The position numbers and the translations under genes are program-made. Positions 44,901 through 57,499 of a stretch of DNA of 64,000 bases are shown here, piece by piece. Each line of letters starts with the position of its first letter. Position 1 is the stretch's first letter. The DNA is from an uncultured Desulfurococcaceae archaeon (lineage in GTDB: Archaea > Thermoproteota > Thermoprotei_A > Sulfolobales > NBVN01). The notes beneath the pieces are model-generated. The model did no database searches. It was not told the origin of the DNA and worked only from the letters and a program-made list of their open reading frames with translations. The DNA lies in contig CAZVLA010000013.1 in assembly GCA_964627805.1 (NCBI GenBank), forward strand, positions 2,046-66,045, written 5' to 3'.

Positions 44901-47900
44901 TATGCTTGGTTAATGATAATACATGGTTAACACCGGAGGATCGTTGGGCTATTATGGAGGCATTCATTAAAGAGAAGGGATTAGTTAGGCAGCACTTAGA
45001 CTCCTATAATGCATTCGTGACTTCATGGATTAAGCAGATAGTCAAGGAGGTAGGTAGAATCGAGACTACACAGCCTGGAGTGTATATAGAAATCGTTGAT
45101 ATAAAGATAGGTGAACCTCAATTTAGGGAAGTTGAAGGAAATATTGAGAGAATAACACCTATGGAGGCTAGGATACGTAACCTCACGTATGCAGCACCTC
45201 TTAAGTTAGTAGTAGCTCTATACGAGAATAGCGTCGAGATAGCTAGGCAGGAAATACCGCTTGGTGAATTACCTATTATGATAAGGTCTGTGCTAGACCC
45301 CACTTCAAGAATGAGTAGGGAGGAGTTGATAGCTATTGGTGAGGACTGGAGAGATCCTGGTGGTTACTTCATAATTAATGGTTCTGAAAGGGTCATAGTT
45401 ACCCAGGAGGATCTAGCACCCAATAGGGTGTTCGTTGATAAAGCTAAGGAAGGAACTAACATAACGCATACTGCTAAAGTCATATCTGCTTCAGCCGGGT
45501 ATAGAGTACCGATAATACTTGATAGACTGAAGGATGGTACATTAGTAATTAACTTCCCGCCAATACCTACTAAGATACCCTTCGCGGTAATGATGAGGGC
45601 TTTAGGACTTGAGAGTGATAGGGATATAGCATTAGCTGTATCGACGGACCCAGAGATTCAGAATGAGCTACTTCCATCACTACTTCAAGCAAGGGAAATA
45701 AAGACTCAAGAGGATGCTTTAGACTACATAGGTTCTAGGGTAGCTATTGGGCAGGCAAGGGAGGCTAGGATTGAGAGAGCGGCTCAGATAATAGATAATT
45801 ACTTCTTACCTCACTTAGGTACATCACCAGCTAGTAGAATTAGGAAAGCCCTCTACTTAGGTCAGATGGCTAATAAGTTACTGGAGCTAGTGCTTGGGAG
45901 GAGGAAACCCGATGATAAGGATCACTACGCCAATAGGAGGTTAAGGTTAGCAGGGGATCTACTTGCGCAGTTATTTAGGGTGGCGTTCAAACAGTTCATA
46001 AAGGACTTCAAGTACCAAGTGGAACGACATAGATTGAGGGGTAGGAGACTTAATCTGAGGGCATTAGCTAGGCCTGACATAGTGACTGATAGGCTAAGGC
46101 ATGCTCTAGCAACAGGTAATTGGGTAGGTGGAAGGACAGGAGTTAGTCAGATATTAGATAGGACAAACTGGATATCAGCTCACAGCCACTTAAGGAGGAC
46201 CGTAGCGCCATTAAGTAGGGGCCAGCCTCACTTTGAGGCTAGGGATCTACATCCGACACAGTGGGGTAGGATATGTCCCTTCGAGACCCCGGAAGGACCT
46301 AACTGTGGGTTAGTTAAGAACTTAGCCTTAAGTGCTCATATATCAGTAGGTATTGACCCAGCACCAGTAATTGAAACGCTTAAGGCCTTAGGAGTAGTAC
46401 CTATTGAGGAGATATTCGCAAGGTTACATGCTGGGGATGAGGAACTTATAAATAACTTAACTAAGTACGCTAAAGTATTTGTTGATGGTACGCTAATAGG
46501 TTACTACCTTAAGGAGGATGCATCAGACTTAGTGATGAGGATTAGGGAATTAAGGAGGTTAGGTAGGATACATCATGAGGTAAATATATCTTACCTAAAG
46601 ACTGAGTACCTTAATGAGGTATACATAAACTGTGACGCAGGTAGGGTTAGGAGGCCGCTACTCATAGTTGATAATGGTAAGTTAAGAATAACTAAGGAGA
46701 TCGTGGAGAGGCTTAAGAGAGGGGAGCTTACATTCTCAGATTTAGTAGCCTTAGGTTACATTGAGTATCTAGATGCTGAGGAGGAAGAGGATGCCTACAT
46801 AGCACTAAATCCAGAGGACATAACTCCGGAGCATACTCACTTAGAGATATGGCCTCCAGCAATAATGGGTATAGCAGCAGCTACCATACCGTACGCGGAG
46901 CATAACCAATCACCTAGGAATGCCTACCAATCAGCTATGGCTAAGCAAGCAGTAGGTTTCTACGCATCAAACTTCCACTTAAGATTTGATAGTAGAGCTC
47001 ACTTCCTACATTACCCGCAGAAGCCTATTGTTCAGACGAAGTTCCTTGACGTAATAGGCTATAATGACAGACCATCAGGGCAGAACTTCGTAGTTGCGGT
47101 ACTTTCATTCACGGGCTACAATATGGAGGACGCAGTAATAATGAATAAATCCTCGATAGAGCGTGGATTAGCTAGGTCAACATTCTTTAGGGAGTACAGT
47201 ACCGAAGAGCTACGATATGCTGGTGGGCAGAGAGACAGAATAGAGATACCTGACCCAAGCGTTAGGGGATATAGGGGTAGGGATCACTACAGATTACTAG
47301 ATGAAGACGGGATAATCAGTCCCGAGGTAAACGTGTCTTCAGGTAATGTACTTGTCGGTAAAACCTCGCCACCTAGGTTCCTTGAGGAGTATAGGGAGTA
47401 TGCAACGACAACCGTTATGAGGAGGGACACATCATTAACTTTAAGGCATGGAGATAAGGGAGTAGTTGATTCGGTAGTCATTACTGTGAGTGCCGAAGGT
47501 AATAGATTAGTAAGAGTTAGGGTGAGAGACCTTAGAATACCTGAGATAGGTGACAAGTTCGCATCAAGGCATGGCCAGAAAGGTGTTATAGGGTTATTAG
47601 TACCTCAGTATGACATGCCGTACACTCCGGAAGGCATTACTCCTGATTTAATAATTAATCCACATGCTTTACCATCAAGAATGACCGTAGGGCAGTTAAT
47701 AGAGTCAATAGCTGGTAAGGTAGGTGCTTTAGCTGGTAGATTAGTGGACGGTACACCATTCTACGGTGAGAAAGGAAAGAAGCTACAGGAGGAATTACTA
47801 CTGCTTGGTTACCCAGCTGATGGAACTGAACCAATGTATGATGGAAGAACTGGTGAATTAATAATGACTCCCATATTCATAGGTATAGTGTATTACCAGA

Positions 47901-48298
47901 GACTACATCATATGGTAGCTGATAAGATGCATGCAAGAGCTAGGGGACCGATACAGCTACTGACAAGGCAGCCTACCGAGGGAAGAGCTAGGGAGGGAGG
48001 TCTGAGATTCGGTGAGATGGAGAGAGACTGCTTAATAGGTCATGGAGCCCCACTACTTCTCCAGGAGAGGTTATTGGAGAATTCGGATAAGGCAGTAATA
48101 TACGTATGTGAGGAGTGCGGATTAATAGGTTGGTACGATAGACGCAAAGGTAAGCTGGTATGTCCAATACATGGTGAGAGAGGTAGGCTTTACCCAGTAA
48201 CGGTATCGTACGCATTCAAGCTACTCCTGCAGGAACTCATGAGTATGTTGATTTACCCACGAATAATACTTGAGGATAAGATTAAGAGGAGTAGGTGA
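44897..48298 (+). CDS. rpoB: DNA-directed RNA polymerase subunit B (unsplit, Rpo2)
   Basis: 1133 aa with [41 protein letters not shown] and the C-terminal zinc motif CEECG...CPIHG. There is a GTGA overlap with the rpoH stop. Confidence 0.97.
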   Translation: MICLVNDNTWLTPEDRWAIMEAFIKEKGLVRQHLDSYNAFVTSWIKQIVKEVGRIETTQPGVYIEIVDIKIGEPQFREVEGNIERITPMEARIRNLTYAAPLKLVVALYENSVEIARQEIPLGELPIMIRSVLDPTSRMSREELIAIGEDWRDPGGYFIINGSERVIVTQEDLAPNRVFVDKAKEGTNITHTAKVISASAGYRVPIILDRLKDGTLVINFPPIPTKIPFAVMMRALGLESDRDIALAVSTDPEIQNELLPSLLQAREIKTQEDALDYIGSRVAIGQAREARIERAAQIIDNYFLPHLGTSPASRIRKALYLGQMANKLLELVLGRRKPDDKDHYANRRLRLAGDLLAQLFRVAFKQFIKDFKYQVERHRLRGRRLNLRALARPDIVTDRLRHALATGNWVGGRTGVSQILDRTNWISAHSHLRRTVAPLSRGQPHFEARDLHPTQWGRICPFETPEGPNCGLVKNLALSAHISVGIDPAPVIETLKALGVVPIEEIFARLHAGDEELINNLTKYAKVFVDGTLIGYYLKEDASDLVMRIRELRRLGRIHHEVNISYLKTEYLNEVYINCDAGRVRRPLLIVDNGKLRITKEIVERLKRGELTFSDLVALGYIEYLDAEEEEDAYIALNPEDITPEHTHLEIWPPAIMGIAAATIPYAEHNQSPRNAYQSAMAKQAVGFYASNFHLRFDSRAHFLHYPQKPIVQTKFLDVIGYNDRPSGQNFVVAVLSFTGYNMEDAVIMNKSSIERGLARSTFFREYSTEELRYAGGQRDRIEIPDPSVRGYRGRDHYRLLDEDGIISPEVNVSSGNVLVGKTSPPRFLEEYREYATTTVMRRDTSLTLRHGDKGVVDSVVITVSAEGNRLVRVRVRDLRIPEIGDKFASRHGQKGVIGLLVPQYDMPYTPEGITPDLIINPHALPSRMTVGQLIESIAGKVGALAGRLVDGTPFYGEKGKKLQEELLLLGYPADGTEPMYDGRTGELIMTPIFIGIVYYQRLHHMVADKMHARARGPIQLLTRQPTEGRAREGGLRFGEMERDCLIGHGAPLLLQERLLENSDKAVIYVCEECGLIGWYDRRKGKLVCPIHGERGRLYPVTVSYAFKLLLQELMSMLIYPRIILEDKIKRSR

Positions 48299-50943
48299 TG
48301 GGTATGAGTAGTGAGAAAATCATAGGAGGTATTAAGTTCGGGATACTATCCCCTGAAATGATTAGGAAAATGTCAGTAACTGCTATAGTAACCTCTGAAG
48401 TGTATGATGAGAACGGCATGCCCGTTGATGGTGGAGTGATGGATAGGAGACTAGGAGTTATTGAGCCAGGACAGAGATGCGCTACATGTGGAAACACATT
48501 AGCAAGGTGTCCAGGACATTACGGTCACTTAGAACTAGCTAGGCCTGTTATTCATATAGGATTCGTAAGGCACATTTACGACTTACTTAGGGCGACATGC
48601 CGTAGATGTGGTAGGTTAAAGATACCTGATGAAGAGATAGATAGGTACTTAGAACTCTATGAAAAACTAAAGGATAGGTGGCCACAATTAGCTAAGTCAC
48701 TTACTGAGTTCGTTAAGAGGAAAGCTATAAAGAATATGGAGTGCCCGCACTGTGGTGAGAAGCAGTACAAGATTAGGTTGGAGAAGCCAACTACATTCAT
48801 TGATGAGGGGCCTTTAGGTAGGTTATGGCCTAACAAGATTAGGGAGTGGCTTGAGAGGATACCTAATAGGGACTTAAGAGTACTGGGTTATGACCCCGAG
48901 TACGCTAGGCCTGAATGGATGATAATAACGGTCTTGCCCGTTCCACCAATAGCTGTTAGACCATCAATACTCTTAGAGACTGGTATTAGATCCGAGGACG
49001 ACTTAACTCATAAGTTAGTGGACATCATAAGGACTAATGAGAAGCTCAGAGAGAGTATAAACTCAGGAGCTCCTGAGGTCATTGTTGAGGATCTATGGGA
49101 GTTACTTCAGTACCACATAACTACGTACATAGATAATGAAGTACCTGGCGTACCACCAGCTAAGCGTAGATCCGGAATGCCTCTAAGGACGTTAGCTCAG
49201 AGACTTAAGGGTAAGGAGGGTAGGTTCAGAGGTAACTTATCAGGTAAGAGGGTTGATTTCTCAGCTAGGACAGTAATAAGTCCAGACCCGAGCTTAAGCA
49301 TTAATGAGGTTGGGGTACCTATTGAAATTGCTAAAATCCTAACAGTACCTGAGAGGGTCACTCCATGGAACATAGAGGAGATGAGGAAGTACGTACTGAA
49401 TGGACCATACAAGTACCCAGGAGCTAACTACATAATAGATCCTAACGGAAGGAGAATCGACTTAAGATTCATTAAGGACTTAAAGGCTGTTGCCGAAGGA
49501 TTACGTCCTGGATACATCGTTGAGAGGCACTTAAAAGATGGCGATATAGTTCTGTTTAATAGGCAGCCATCACTGCATAGGATGTCAATAATGGCTCACA
49601 TAGTTAAGGTACTACCCGGTAAGACCTTCAGGTTGCATCTAGCCGTATGTCCACCATACAATGCTGACTTCGACGGTGACGAGATGAACCTGCACGTACC
49701 TCAAACCATAGAGGCTAGGGCAGAAGCTAGGATACTACTACTTGTTCAGGAGCACATACTCTCACCGAGGTATGGAGGACCTATAATAGGCGGTATTCAA
49801 GACTACATAAGCGGTGCTTACCTCCTCTCATCGAAGGTCACCTTACTAACTAAGGATCAAGTATCTGACTTACTAGCTAGCATGAATTACGCAGGCGAGA
49901 TACCGGAACCAGCTATTCTATCACCTATAAGGGCATGGACGGGTAAGCAGATAATAAGCCTACTACTACCTAAGGACTTCAACTTCTCGAAGGAGGCTAA
50001 GATATCGAGTGGCGCCTTAAAATGTAGTGATTATGAGTGCTTCTGGGACTCCTACCTAGTCATAAAGAAAGGTAAATTACTACTTGGAGTACTTGATAAG
50101 GCAGCCATAGGCGCTCAGCAACCCGAGTCAATGCTTCACTTCCTAGTCATGGAGTACGGTAACGACTTCGGTAGGGAATTTATGAATAGAGCGTTTAAGC
50201 TCTTCCTAAGATTTATTGAAATGAGAGGCTTCACGATGACCCTTAACGACATAGCAGTACCAGCTAAGGCTTATGAAGAGATAAGGGAGGTTATGGAGGA
50301 GGCTAGAAAGGAAATTGAGAGGTTAATAAGGGAGTACAAAGAGGGTAAGCTTGAACCAACACCAGGAAGAACCTTAGAGGAGAGTCTAGAGATTAAGATA
50401 CTGGACGTACTATCTAAGGCTAGGGACAAAGCGGGTGAAGTAGCGACTAAGTACCTAGACCCGTTCAATAACGTATTCATAATGGCTAAAACTGGAGCTA
50501 GGGGAAGTACATTAAACATAACGCAGATGGCCGCTATGTTAGGGCAACAATCAGTTAGAGGTAAGAGGATCCACAGAGGATTTAGAGACAGAACATTACC
50601 TCACTTCAAGAAAGGAGATATAGGTCCTGAAGCTAGAGGATTCGTATCAAGTTCGTTCGTTAAGGGACTCTCACCCATAGAGATGTTCTTCCACGCAGCT
50701 GGTGGTAGAGAGGGACTGGTGGACACTGCAGTTAGGACTTCGCAGAGTGGCTACATGCAGCGTAGATTAATTAATGCCCTCCAAGACCTAAGAGTAGAGT
50801 ATGATGGTACGGTTAGGTCAGCCTATGGTCACCTAATACAGTTTAAGTATGGTGAGGATGGAGTTGATCCTAAGAGCACGTCATTTGGTAAGGCAGTAAA
50901 TGTGGATAGAATTATAGAGAAGCATGTAGGGTGGAAGAAATGA
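48295..50943 (+). CDS. rpoA1: DNA-directed RNA polymerase subunit A' (Rpo1N)
   Basis: 882 aa with zinc motifs CATCGN...CPGHYGH and CPHCGE, and the catalytic [12 protein letters not shown]. Confidence 0.97.
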   Translation: MMGMSSEKIIGGIKFGILSPEMIRKMSVTAIVTSEVYDENGMPVDGGVMDRRLGVIEPGQRCATCGNTLARCPGHYGHLELARPVIHIGFVRHIYDLLRATCRRCGRLKIPDEEIDRYLELYEKLKDRWPQLAKSLTEFVKRKAIKNMECPHCGEKQYKIRLEKPTTFIDEGPLGRLWPNKIREWLERIPNRDLRVLGYDPEYARPEWMIITVLPVPPIAVRPSILLETGIRSEDDLTHKLVDIIRTNEKLRESINSGAPEVIVEDLWELLQYHITTYIDNEVPGVPPAKRRSGMPLRTLAQRLKGKEGRFRGNLSGKRVDFSARTVISPDPSLSINEVGVPIEIAKILTVPERVTPWNIEEMRKYVLNGPYKYPGANYIIDPNGRRIDLRFIKDLKAVAEGLRPGYIVERHLKDGDIVLFNRQPSLHRMSIMAHIVKVLPGKTFRLHLAVCPPYNADFDGDEMNLHVPQTIEARAEARILLLVQEHILSPRYGGPIIGGIQDYISGAYLLSSKVTLLTKDQVSDLLASMNYAGEIPEPAILSPIRAWTGKQIISLLLPKDFNFSKEAKISSGALKCSDYECFWDSYLVIKKGKLLLGVLDKAAIGAQQPESMLHFLVMEYGNDFGREFMNRAFKLFLRFIEMRGFTMTLNDIAVPAKAYEEIREVMEEARKEIERLIREYKEGKLEPTPGRTLEESLEIKILDVLSKARDKAGEVATKYLDPFNNVFIMAKTGARGSTLNITQMAAMLGQQSVRGKRIHRGFRDRTLPHFKKGDIGPEARGFVSSSFVKGLSPIEMFFHAAGGREGLVDTAVRTSQSGYMQRRLINALQDLRVEYDGTVRSAYGHLIQFKYGEDGVDPKSTSFGKAVNVDRIIEKHVGWKK

Positions 50944-52439
50944 GTCCTCGTAAGGGAGGTAAAGGTAGGAGAGGCAGAAAGAAAGCAAGAGTAGAGGAAG
51001 ATATTCGTGAGATATTGAGAAAGATAAAGGAACCTGAGGAAATAGTTGGTAAATTAATGACTTTAGTACCAACTGACCTACCTCCTCAAATCACTAATAT
51101 TATTAGAAGGCGATTAACTAAGGAAGTTATTGAATTAGGTGAAAAGATAGACTATGACTTACTTGTTAATAAGTTAAACGGCTTAGTAAGTAACGGTAAA
51201 AAAATAGTTAAGTACATAGAGGAGGTTAAAGACATACTACCCGAGGCAATTTACGATGAATTACTTAGCAAATTATTTGAGACGTCATGTGAAATAGAAT
51301 TAAGTGATGAAGAGATACTAGCTATTAGAGATGACGTTGTTAAGAGGTACTTAGAAGCACAGGTCGAGCCCGGTGAGCCCGTAGGTACGGTTGCTGCGCA
51401 GTCAATAGGTGAGCCAGGCACTCAGATGACCCTCAGAACCTTCCACTACGCAGGTGTTAGGGAGCTTAACGTAACCTTAGGTCTACCTAGGTTAATAGAG
51501 CTTGTAGACGCTAGGAAAACACCTGAGACGCCAATGATGCGGGTATACCTCGATGAGGAGCATAAGTATGACAGGGAAAAAGCAATCGAAGTAGCTAGGA
51601 AAATAGAGATGACGAAGCTTGAAAACATAGTTGATGTAGTTGACATTGATTTGCTCTCGATGCAACTGATTATCAGATTAGATCCTGATATGCTTGAGGA
51701 TAAAGGCCTTACTAGGGACGATGTGATTAAGGTACTAAGTAAAAGTAAGACACTAGCTGATAGGGTTAAGGCAGATCCTAACGATCCCTACCTAATAATC
51801 GTCGACATACCTAAGAACTACGACATAATTAAGGCTCAGAAGTTTAGAGATAGGTTACTAAGGATTAAGTTAAAAGGAATTAAGGATATAAAGAAGGTGA
51901 TACCTCAGAAATTAACTGATCCCGAAACTGGCAAGGAGTACTATGTACTAATAACTGACGGCACCAACTTAGCAGCAGTACTTAAGGTTGACGGTGTTGA
52001 CCCGACTAAAACGACATCCAACAGTATTCACGAAATCGAGAATGTATTAGGGATCGAAGCTGCTAGGGAGGCCCTGATTAGGGAGATAATGAATACCTTA
52101 AGAGAGCAAGGTCTAGATGTTGATATTAGACATATAATGCTCTTAGCGGATACCATGACTTGGTCAGGAGTTGTCAAGCAGATAGGTAGGCATGGAGTAG
52201 CGGGTGAGAAGCCCAGCGTCTTGGCTAGGGCTGCTTTCGAAGTAACGGTTAAGCAATTATTTGATGCTAGTGCTAGGGGTGAGGTTGACGAAATTAAGGG
52301 AGTTACTGAGAACGTAATTATAGGTCAGATAGCCCCTGTAGGTACAGCCTTAGTTAAGCTACGTATGAACCCAACTAAATTAAGTAGTGGGAATACCTTA
52401 AAAGGGGTAAGTAGTGCTAAAGTAGAAGGTGGTGAGTGA
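50940..52439 (+). CDS. rpoA2: DNA-directed RNA polymerase subunit A'' (Rpo1C) with N-terminal basic extension
   Basis: [21 protein letters not shown] is present. The ATG overlaps the rpoA1 TGA (ATGA), and an alternative GTG start lies at 50931. There are about 146 residues before the VEPGEPVG block. Confidence 0.95.
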   Translation: MSPRKGGKGRRGRKKARVEEDIREILRKIKEPEEIVGKLMTLVPTDLPPQITNIIRRRLTKEVIELGEKIDYDLLVNKLNGLVSNGKKIVKYIEEVKDILPEAIYDELLSKLFETSCEIELSDEEILAIRDDVVKRYLEAQVEPGEPVGTVAAQSIGEPGTQMTLRTFHYAGVRELNVTLGLPRLIELVDARKTPETPMMRVYLDEEHKYDREKAIEVARKIEMTKLENIVDVVDIDLLSMQLIIRLDPDMLEDKGLTRDDVIKVLSKSKTLADRVKADPNDPYLIIVDIPKNYDIIKAQKFRDRLLRIKLKGIKDIKKVIPQKLTDPETGKEYYVLITDGTNLAAVLKVDGVDPTKTTSNSIHEIENVLGIEAAREALIREIMNTLREQGLDVDIRHIMLLADTMTWSGVVKQIGRHGVAGEKPSVLARAAFEVTVKQLFDASARGEVDEIKGVTENVIIGQIAPVGTALVKLRMNPTKLSSGNTLKGVSSAKVEGGE

Positions 52440-52759
52440 TGTGGGCTAGTAGGGGCGAGGCTCTCTCCTTGGAGGATGAGATAAGGACATTACTTAAGAC
52501 AGGAAAGGTCATCATAGGTGCTAAGAGAGCTATACAGGCAGTTAAACTAGGTAAGGCTAAAGCAGTAATACTAGCCAGTTTAATACCTAAGTGGATTGAG
52601 GAGGACGTCAAGTATTACGCTAAGTTAGGTAACATAAAAGTTATTAGATACCGAGGTACAAGTTTTGAATTAGGGACTCTTTGCGGTAAGCCCTTCCCCA
52701 TAACGACTATAGCCGTGATAGATCCTGGAGAATCAAGAATACTTGAGTTGGAGGGTTGA
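52436..52759 (+). CDS. rpl30e: ribosomal protein L30e (eL30)
   Basis: 107 aa with [26 protein letters not shown] and [14 protein letters not shown]. The start is GTG 52436 or ATG 52439, overlapping the rpoA2 stop. Confidence 0.9.
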   Translation: MMWASRGEALSLEDEIRTLLKTGKVIIGAKRAIQAVKLGKAKAVILASLIPKWIEEDVKYYAKLGNIKVIRYRGTSFELGTLCGKPFPITTIAVIDPGESRILELEG

Positions 52760-52765
52760 TAGGAC

Positions 52766-53197
52766 GTGCCTGTAAGGATAACAAGCGATGAGTTAAGGTT
52801 CATGGCTCTCTTACATGACGTAACCGGGGTATCAGCTAGGGACTGTATCTTGGATGAGAATACTAATAGCATAATATTCATAGTACCTCCAGGTACTGCA
52901 GGCTTAGCCGTAGGTGCTAAAGGTAGGAATGTTAGGAGGCTATCTAAGATACTAGGCAGGAGAGTTGAGATCGTCGAGTGGGCGGAGAACTTAGAGAATC
53001 TAGTGAAGAATATATTCCTACCAGCACGTGTAGTTGGGATAACGCTAAATAAAACACCCGATGGTAGGAGGATACTCTACGTTAAGGTAGATCCTAGGGA
53101 TAAGGGAATAGCCATAGGCAAGAATGGAAGAAACGTAAATAAAGCTAGGTTAATTTTAAAGAGGTACTTCAATATAGACGTGGTCTCAGTAGTTTAA
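52766..53197 (+). CDS. nusA: NusA-like transcription termination/antitermination factor (two KH domains)
   Basis: 143 aa with GLAVGAKGRNVRRL and GIAIGKNGRNVNKA. Confidence 0.85.
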   Translation: MPVRITSDELRFMALLHDVTGVSARDCILDENTNSIIFIVPPGTAGLAVGAKGRNVRRLSKILGRRVEIVEWAENLENLVKNIFLPARVVGITLNKTPDGRRILYVKVDPRDKGIAIGKNGRNVNKARLILKRYFNIDVVSVV

Positions 53198-53248
53198 GCT
53201 TATAAGGTGAACTAGTACTAGATGCCGTAGTAGCTAGGTGAGGAGGGT

Positions 53249-53692
53249 ATGCCCGGTAAGAAATCTCCCTCGGGGCTATACGCCGCTAGGAAGCTAAGGT
53301 TAAAGAGACTCAAGTTTAGATGGAGTCAGCGAGAATTCAGGATAAGGATGCTTAGGCTTAAGGAGAAGTACGACCCACTAGAAGGAGCTCCTATGGCGAG
53401 GGGTATAGTTCTTGAGAAAGTAGGCGTTGAAGCTAGGCAACCGAACTCGGCACTAAGGAAGTGTGTTAGGGTTCAGCTAGTTAAGAATGGTAAGGTAGTA
53501 ACAGCTTTCGTGCCATACGACGGTGGTGTAACGTTTATTGATGAACATGATGAAGTAATAATAGCTGGTATAGGTGGAAGTAGAGGTAAGTCAATGGGTG
53601 ACCTACCAGGAGTTAGGTATAAGGTAATAATGGTTAATGGAGTATCTCTAGATGCGCTAATAAAGGGTAAGAAACAGAAACCAGTTAGGTAG
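53249..53692 (+). CDS. rps12: ribosomal protein S12 (uS12)
   Basis: 147 aa with [17 protein letters not shown] and DLPGVRYKV. The SD-like AGGTGAGGAGGGT lies upstream. Confidence 0.95.
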   Translation: MPGKKSPSGLYAARKLRLKRLKFRWSQREFRIRMLRLKEKYDPLEGAPMARGIVLEKVGVEARQPNSALRKCVRVQLVKNGKVVTAFVPYDGGVTFIDEHDEVIIAGIGGSRGKSMGDLPGVRYKVIMVNGVSLDALIKGKKQKPVR

Positions 53693-53704
53693 TTATTAAA
53701 AGTG

Positions 53705-54196
53705 CTACATATCAATTAATCCACCGCCTTCCTCCTCGTCCTCCTCACTCTCGAGTTCCTTAGATATTCTTAGTACTTCATCAGTAACGTATATGGGTTT
53801 GCTGAATAATAGAGCAAGGAATATGGCGTGACTAGGTATCATTACTTTTCTTATTCGTATTCCGTCAACCTCTATATACAGACTCGCCCTATACGTCATC
53901 GTACTCATGTCAAAGTGATCTATGATGACCATACCTATACTCTCACCAATATCTCTTAACTTAGGAGAGAGCATTATCAGTAACTCATATATGGTCTCCC
54001 TAATATCCTCCCTGGCCTCAAAGTACGCATCATCACTCCTAAGCTTGGATATCGCTCTCGCTATCTCCGGAGGGACGTTATACAGTACGAAGCTATCTCC
54101 ATTCTCCAAATAGCAAGTTAATAACCCTATCTCGAACTCACCTTCCTTAGCCACCATAGGCTCAATATCCACTACCTTATGTAGTTGCTGAGTCAT
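53705..54196 (-). CDS. bifunctional-nuclease (BFN/DUF151)-like domain protein with acidic C-terminus
   Basis: 163 aa. The pattern FVLYNVPPEIARAI...ETIYELL...VIIDHFDMSTMTYRASLYIEVDG...MIPSHAIFLALLFSKPIYVTDEVL parallels the DUF151 core (wedge helix, then xRPSDAIxLAxxxxxPIxV). Confidence 0.55.
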   Translation of the reverse strand: MTQQLHKVVDIEPMVAKEGEFEIGLLTCYLENGDSFVLYNVPPEIARAISKLRSDDAYFEAREDIRETIYELLIMLSPKLRDIGESIGMVIIDHFDMSTMTYRASLYIEVDGIRIRKVMIPSHAIFLALLFSKPIYVTDEVLRISKELESEEDEEEGGGLIDM

Positions 54197-54312
54197 TCTA
54201 TCCTACCACGCATACCTAATATGAAGTTACTCTAGCAGTTTTTAGCAGTAATGTACATACTAGCTAAAAAGTATTAATAGCTCAGTACGTAAGCAGGATA
54301 GGTTGAAGGTGT

Positions 54313-54918
54313 ATGAGTGGGAGAGAAACTACTCAGGTACTCGAACCTAAGCCTGAGGAGATAAAGTTATTCGGTAAGTGGAGCTTCGATGGTGTCGTAG
54401 TTAGGGACCCTAGCCTTAAGAAGTATATATCATTAAGACCCGTATACCTACCACATACTGGGGGTAGACACGAACATAAGAGATTCGGTAAAGCTGAGGT
54501 ACCTATCGTTGAGAGATTAATGAACATGCTGATGAGACCGGGAAGGAATACGGGTAAGAAGCACCTCGCCTACAACATCGTTAAGAGAGCATTTGAAATC
54601 ATACACATAAAGACCGGAGAAAATCCGCTTCAAGTCCTCGTAAGGGCTATTGAGAATGCAGCACCTAGAGAGGAAACTACTAGGATTATGTATGGAGGTA
54701 TCATATACCACGTAGCAGTTGATGTCTCACCTCAAAGGAGAGTCGATCTAGCACTAAAGTTCATTACAGAAGGTGCTAGAGCGGCTGCATTTAGATCAAC
54801 TAAGAATATAGCTGAGTGTTTAGCTGACGAAATAATACTGGCAGCTAAGGGAGACTCAAGAAGCCACGCAATCTCTAGGAAGGAGGAGATCGAGAGGATA
54901 GCATTAAGCTCGAGGTAA
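54313..54918 (+). CDS. rps7: ribosomal protein S7 (uS7)
   Basis: 201 aa with [22 protein letters not shown] and [18 protein letters not shown]. Confidence 0.95.
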   Translation: MSGRETTQVLEPKPEEIKLFGKWSFDGVVVRDPSLKKYISLRPVYLPHTGGRHEHKRFGKAEVPIVERLMNMLMRPGRNTGKKHLAYNIVKRAFEIIHIKTGENPLQVLVRAIENAAPREETTRIMYGGIIYHVAVDVSPQRRVDLALKFITEGARAAAFRSTKNIAECLADEIILAAKGDSRSHAISRKEEIERIALSSR

Positions 54919-54980
54919 GGATACCTAATTAAAACTTTTATAAGTTACACAACCTAAACTAGTGGAAAGGTGAGCATATT

Positions 54981-56300
54981 ATGAGTAGGCCTAAGAAGGA
55001 ACATCTAAACCTCGTAGTAATAGGGCATGTAGACCACGGTAAGAGTACATTAGTAGGTCATATGTTACTAAAGCTAGGAGCCATTGATGAGAAGACCGTT
55101 AAGGAAGTTGAGGAAATGGCTAAGAAATTAGGTAAGGAATCCGAGAAGTATGCTTGGTTCCTAGATAAGCTTAAGGAAGAGCGTGAGAGAGGTCTAACCA
55201 TATCACTATCATTCATGAAGTTCGAGACACCTAAGTACTACTGGACAATAATTGACGCACCCGGTCATAGGGACTTCGTTAAGAACATGATAACGGGTGC
55301 GAGCCAAGCAGACGTAGCTCTATTGGTGGTATCCGCTAAGACAGGAGAGTTTGAGGCAGGTATGAGTAGGGAAGGTCAGACTATGGAGCACATAATACTA
55401 GCTAGGACTATGGGTATTAGCCAGATGGTAGTAGCCGTTACTAAGATGGACATAACGGATCCACCATGGAGTCAGAAGAGATACAACCAAGTAGTAGCTG
55501 TACTCAAGAAGTTCATGAAGAGCTTAGGGTATAAGGTTGATCAAATACCATTCGTACCCGTATCAGGGTGGACCGGAGACAACATAATAGAGCCATCACC
55601 TAACATGCCTTGGTACAAAGGGCCTACATTAGTTCAGGCTCTAGACTCAGTTCAGCCACCACCTAAGCCTATTGATAAGCCATTAAGGATACCAATTCAG
55701 GAGGTCTACAGTATTTCAGGAGTAGGTACGGTACCTGTAGGTAGGGTTGAGTCAGGTAGGTTAAGGGTTAAGGATAAGGTAGTATTCATGCCTCCAGCAG
55801 TAGTTGGTGAGGTAAGATCCATAGAAATGCATCACGAGAGACTTGAGGAGGCAATACCGGGTGATAACATAGGATTCAACGTTAAGGGAGTATCTAAGAC
55901 TCAGATAAGGAGGGGTGACGTCTGCGGGCACTTAACTAACCCACCAACCGTAGCTGAGGAATTCACAGCTAGAGTATACGTAGTATGGCACCCAACAGCT
56001 ATTCATGTAGGGTACACACCAGTAATTCACGCGCATACAGCATCAATAGCTGCTAGAATAGTTGAGATAGTGGGTAAGCTAGACCCTAGAACCGGTAAGA
56101 TCGCCGAGAAGAATCCACAGTTCGTAAAAGCCGGTGAGTCAGCTATTATGAGGTTTAAGCCCATAAAGCCTATGGCTGTAGAGAAGTACAGTGAATTCCC
56201 AGCACTAGGTAGGTTCGCTATGAGGGACATGGGTAAGACCGTAGGTATAGGTATCATAATGGACATAAAGCCGGCTAAGATAGAGATTAAAGCTAAGTAA
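54981..56300 (+). CDS. tuf: translation elongation factor 1-alpha
   Basis: 439 aa with GHVDHGKST, DAPGHRDF and TKMD. It has the full three-domain length. Confidence 0.97.
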   Translation: MSRPKKEHLNLVVIGHVDHGKSTLVGHMLLKLGAIDEKTVKEVEEMAKKLGKESEKYAWFLDKLKEERERGLTISLSFMKFETPKYYWTIIDAPGHRDFVKNMITGASQADVALLVVSAKTGEFEAGMSREGQTMEHIILARTMGISQMVVAVTKMDITDPPWSQKRYNQVVAVLKKFMKSLGYKVDQIPFVPVSGWTGDNIIEPSPNMPWYKGPTLVQALDSVQPPPKPIDKPLRIPIQEVYSISGVGTVPVGRVESGRLRVKDKVVFMPPAVVGEVRSIEMHHERLEEAIPGDNIGFNVKGVSKTQIRRGDVCGHLTNPPTVAEEFTARVYVVWHPTAIHVGYTPVIHAHTASIAARIVEIVGKLDPRTGKIAEKNPQFVKAGESAIMRFKPIKPMAVEKYSEFPALGRFAMRDMGKTVGIGIIMDIKPAKIEIKAK

Positions 56301-56403
56301 AATACCACGTATTTTATTACCTAAAATATAAAAAGCATAATAAACCATAATTTCTGAGGTATTAACTTAAAAACCCCACAAACTACTCAAGGAGGGGATT
56401 GGG

Positions 56404-56715
56404 GTGAGTAGTAGAGTAAGGATAAGACTATGGAGCACCAACGTCGATCACCTCAATGAAGTTGTCAAGCAATTAGTTGAGATAGCTAAGAAAGCAGGCG
56501 TTGAAGTCAGGGGCCCGGTGCCGTTACCTACTAAGAGACTGGTAGTGCCTGTGTTAGTACCTCCGCACGGTGAGGGCACTAAGGTCTACGAAAAGTGGGA
56601 GATGAGAATCCATAAGAGATTAATAGACATAACAGCTGATGAAAGAGTAATGAAGCAGATAATGCGTGTTAAGGTACCCGATGACGTTTACATAGAGCTA
56701 GAATTACTTAGGTAA
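56404..56715 (+). CDS. rps10: ribosomal protein S10 (uS10)
   Basis: 103 aa with [15 protein letters not shown] and [12 protein letters not shown]. Confidence 0.95.
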   Translation: MSSRVRIRLWSTNVDHLNEVVKQLVEIAKKAGVEVRGPVPLPTKRLVVPVLVPPHGEGTKVYEKWEMRIHKRLIDITADERVMKQIMRVKVPDDVYIELELLR

Positions 56716-56808
56716 TAAACTACGGCTAAATTAAAGTGTAATATCCTTCTTCATGATCTGTTAATAAGGGTAAAATTAGAAAACCCTTGAACTTAAGTCA
56801 TTAGTGGG

Positions 56809-56895
56809 GCCGGGGTGCCCGAGCGGCCTAAGGGGCCGGCCTGGAGAGCCGGTGGGCGTCAGCCCGCGCGGGTTCGAATCCCGCCCCCGGCGCCA
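56809..56895 (+). tRNA. tRNA-Ser (anticodon GGA), CCA encoded
   Basis: Acceptor GCCGGGG/CCCCGGC, anticodon stem CCGGC/GCCGG with loop CTGGAGA, long variable arm TGGGCGTCAGCCCGC, T arm GCGGG-TTCGAAT-CCCGC, then G plus CCA. Length is 87 nt. Confidence 0.9.
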
Positions 56896-57041
56896 CTTCA
56901 TGGTACTTAGTCACTAATTACTTACGTGTCTTTGCTTACTTTTATTAATCGTTAGTTGTGATGTCCTTTTTAAGTTTCATTAATTTAAAGCTTAAATACC
57001 CTGTGAAGTAAGGTTGGTAGGTATTGGGTGGTGTTGAGGTC

Positions 57042-57494
57042 ATGAGTGAGGGTACGTCGTTTAGGCATATCGTGAGGATCGCTGGTGTTGATGTGGAGGG
57101 TGATTTATTACTCCCTTATGGGTTAGCTAAGATTAAGGGAGTTGGTTATAACCTAGGACTAGCTATAGTTAGGGTATTAGGTTACGACCCTAATATGAGG
57201 GTTGGTTACTTAACTGATGAGGATGTTAAGAAGATTGAGGAAGTAATTCAGAATCCACTTAAGTTCGGGATACCTCCTTGGTTCTTAAATAGGAGGAAAG
57301 ATTACGTAACTGGTGAGGATAAGCACTTAGTAGGTGCAGATTTAATATTTGCTGCAAGGCAGGACATCGAGCGTGAAATGAGGATAAAGTCATGGAGAGG
57401 TATAAGGCATTCATTAGGACTTAAGGTTAGGGGTCAGAGAACCCATACCACAGGTAGGTTTGGACCGACCGTAGGTGTCAGTAGGAGGAGGTGA
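57042..57494 (+). CDS. rps13: ribosomal protein S13 (uS13)
   Basis: 150 aa from ATG 57042, which is preceded by GAGGT (the track begins at TTG 57024). Motifs are FRHIVRIAGVDVEG, IKGVGYN and WRGIRH. Confidence 0.93.
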   Translation: MSEGTSFRHIVRIAGVDVEGDLLLPYGLAKIKGVGYNLGLAIVRVLGYDPNMRVGYLTDEDVKKIEEVIQNPLKFGIPPWFLNRRKDYVTGEDKHLVGADLIFAARQDIEREMRIKSWRGIRHSLGLKVRGQRTHTTGRFGPTVGVSRRR

Positions 57495-57499
57495 TGTAG

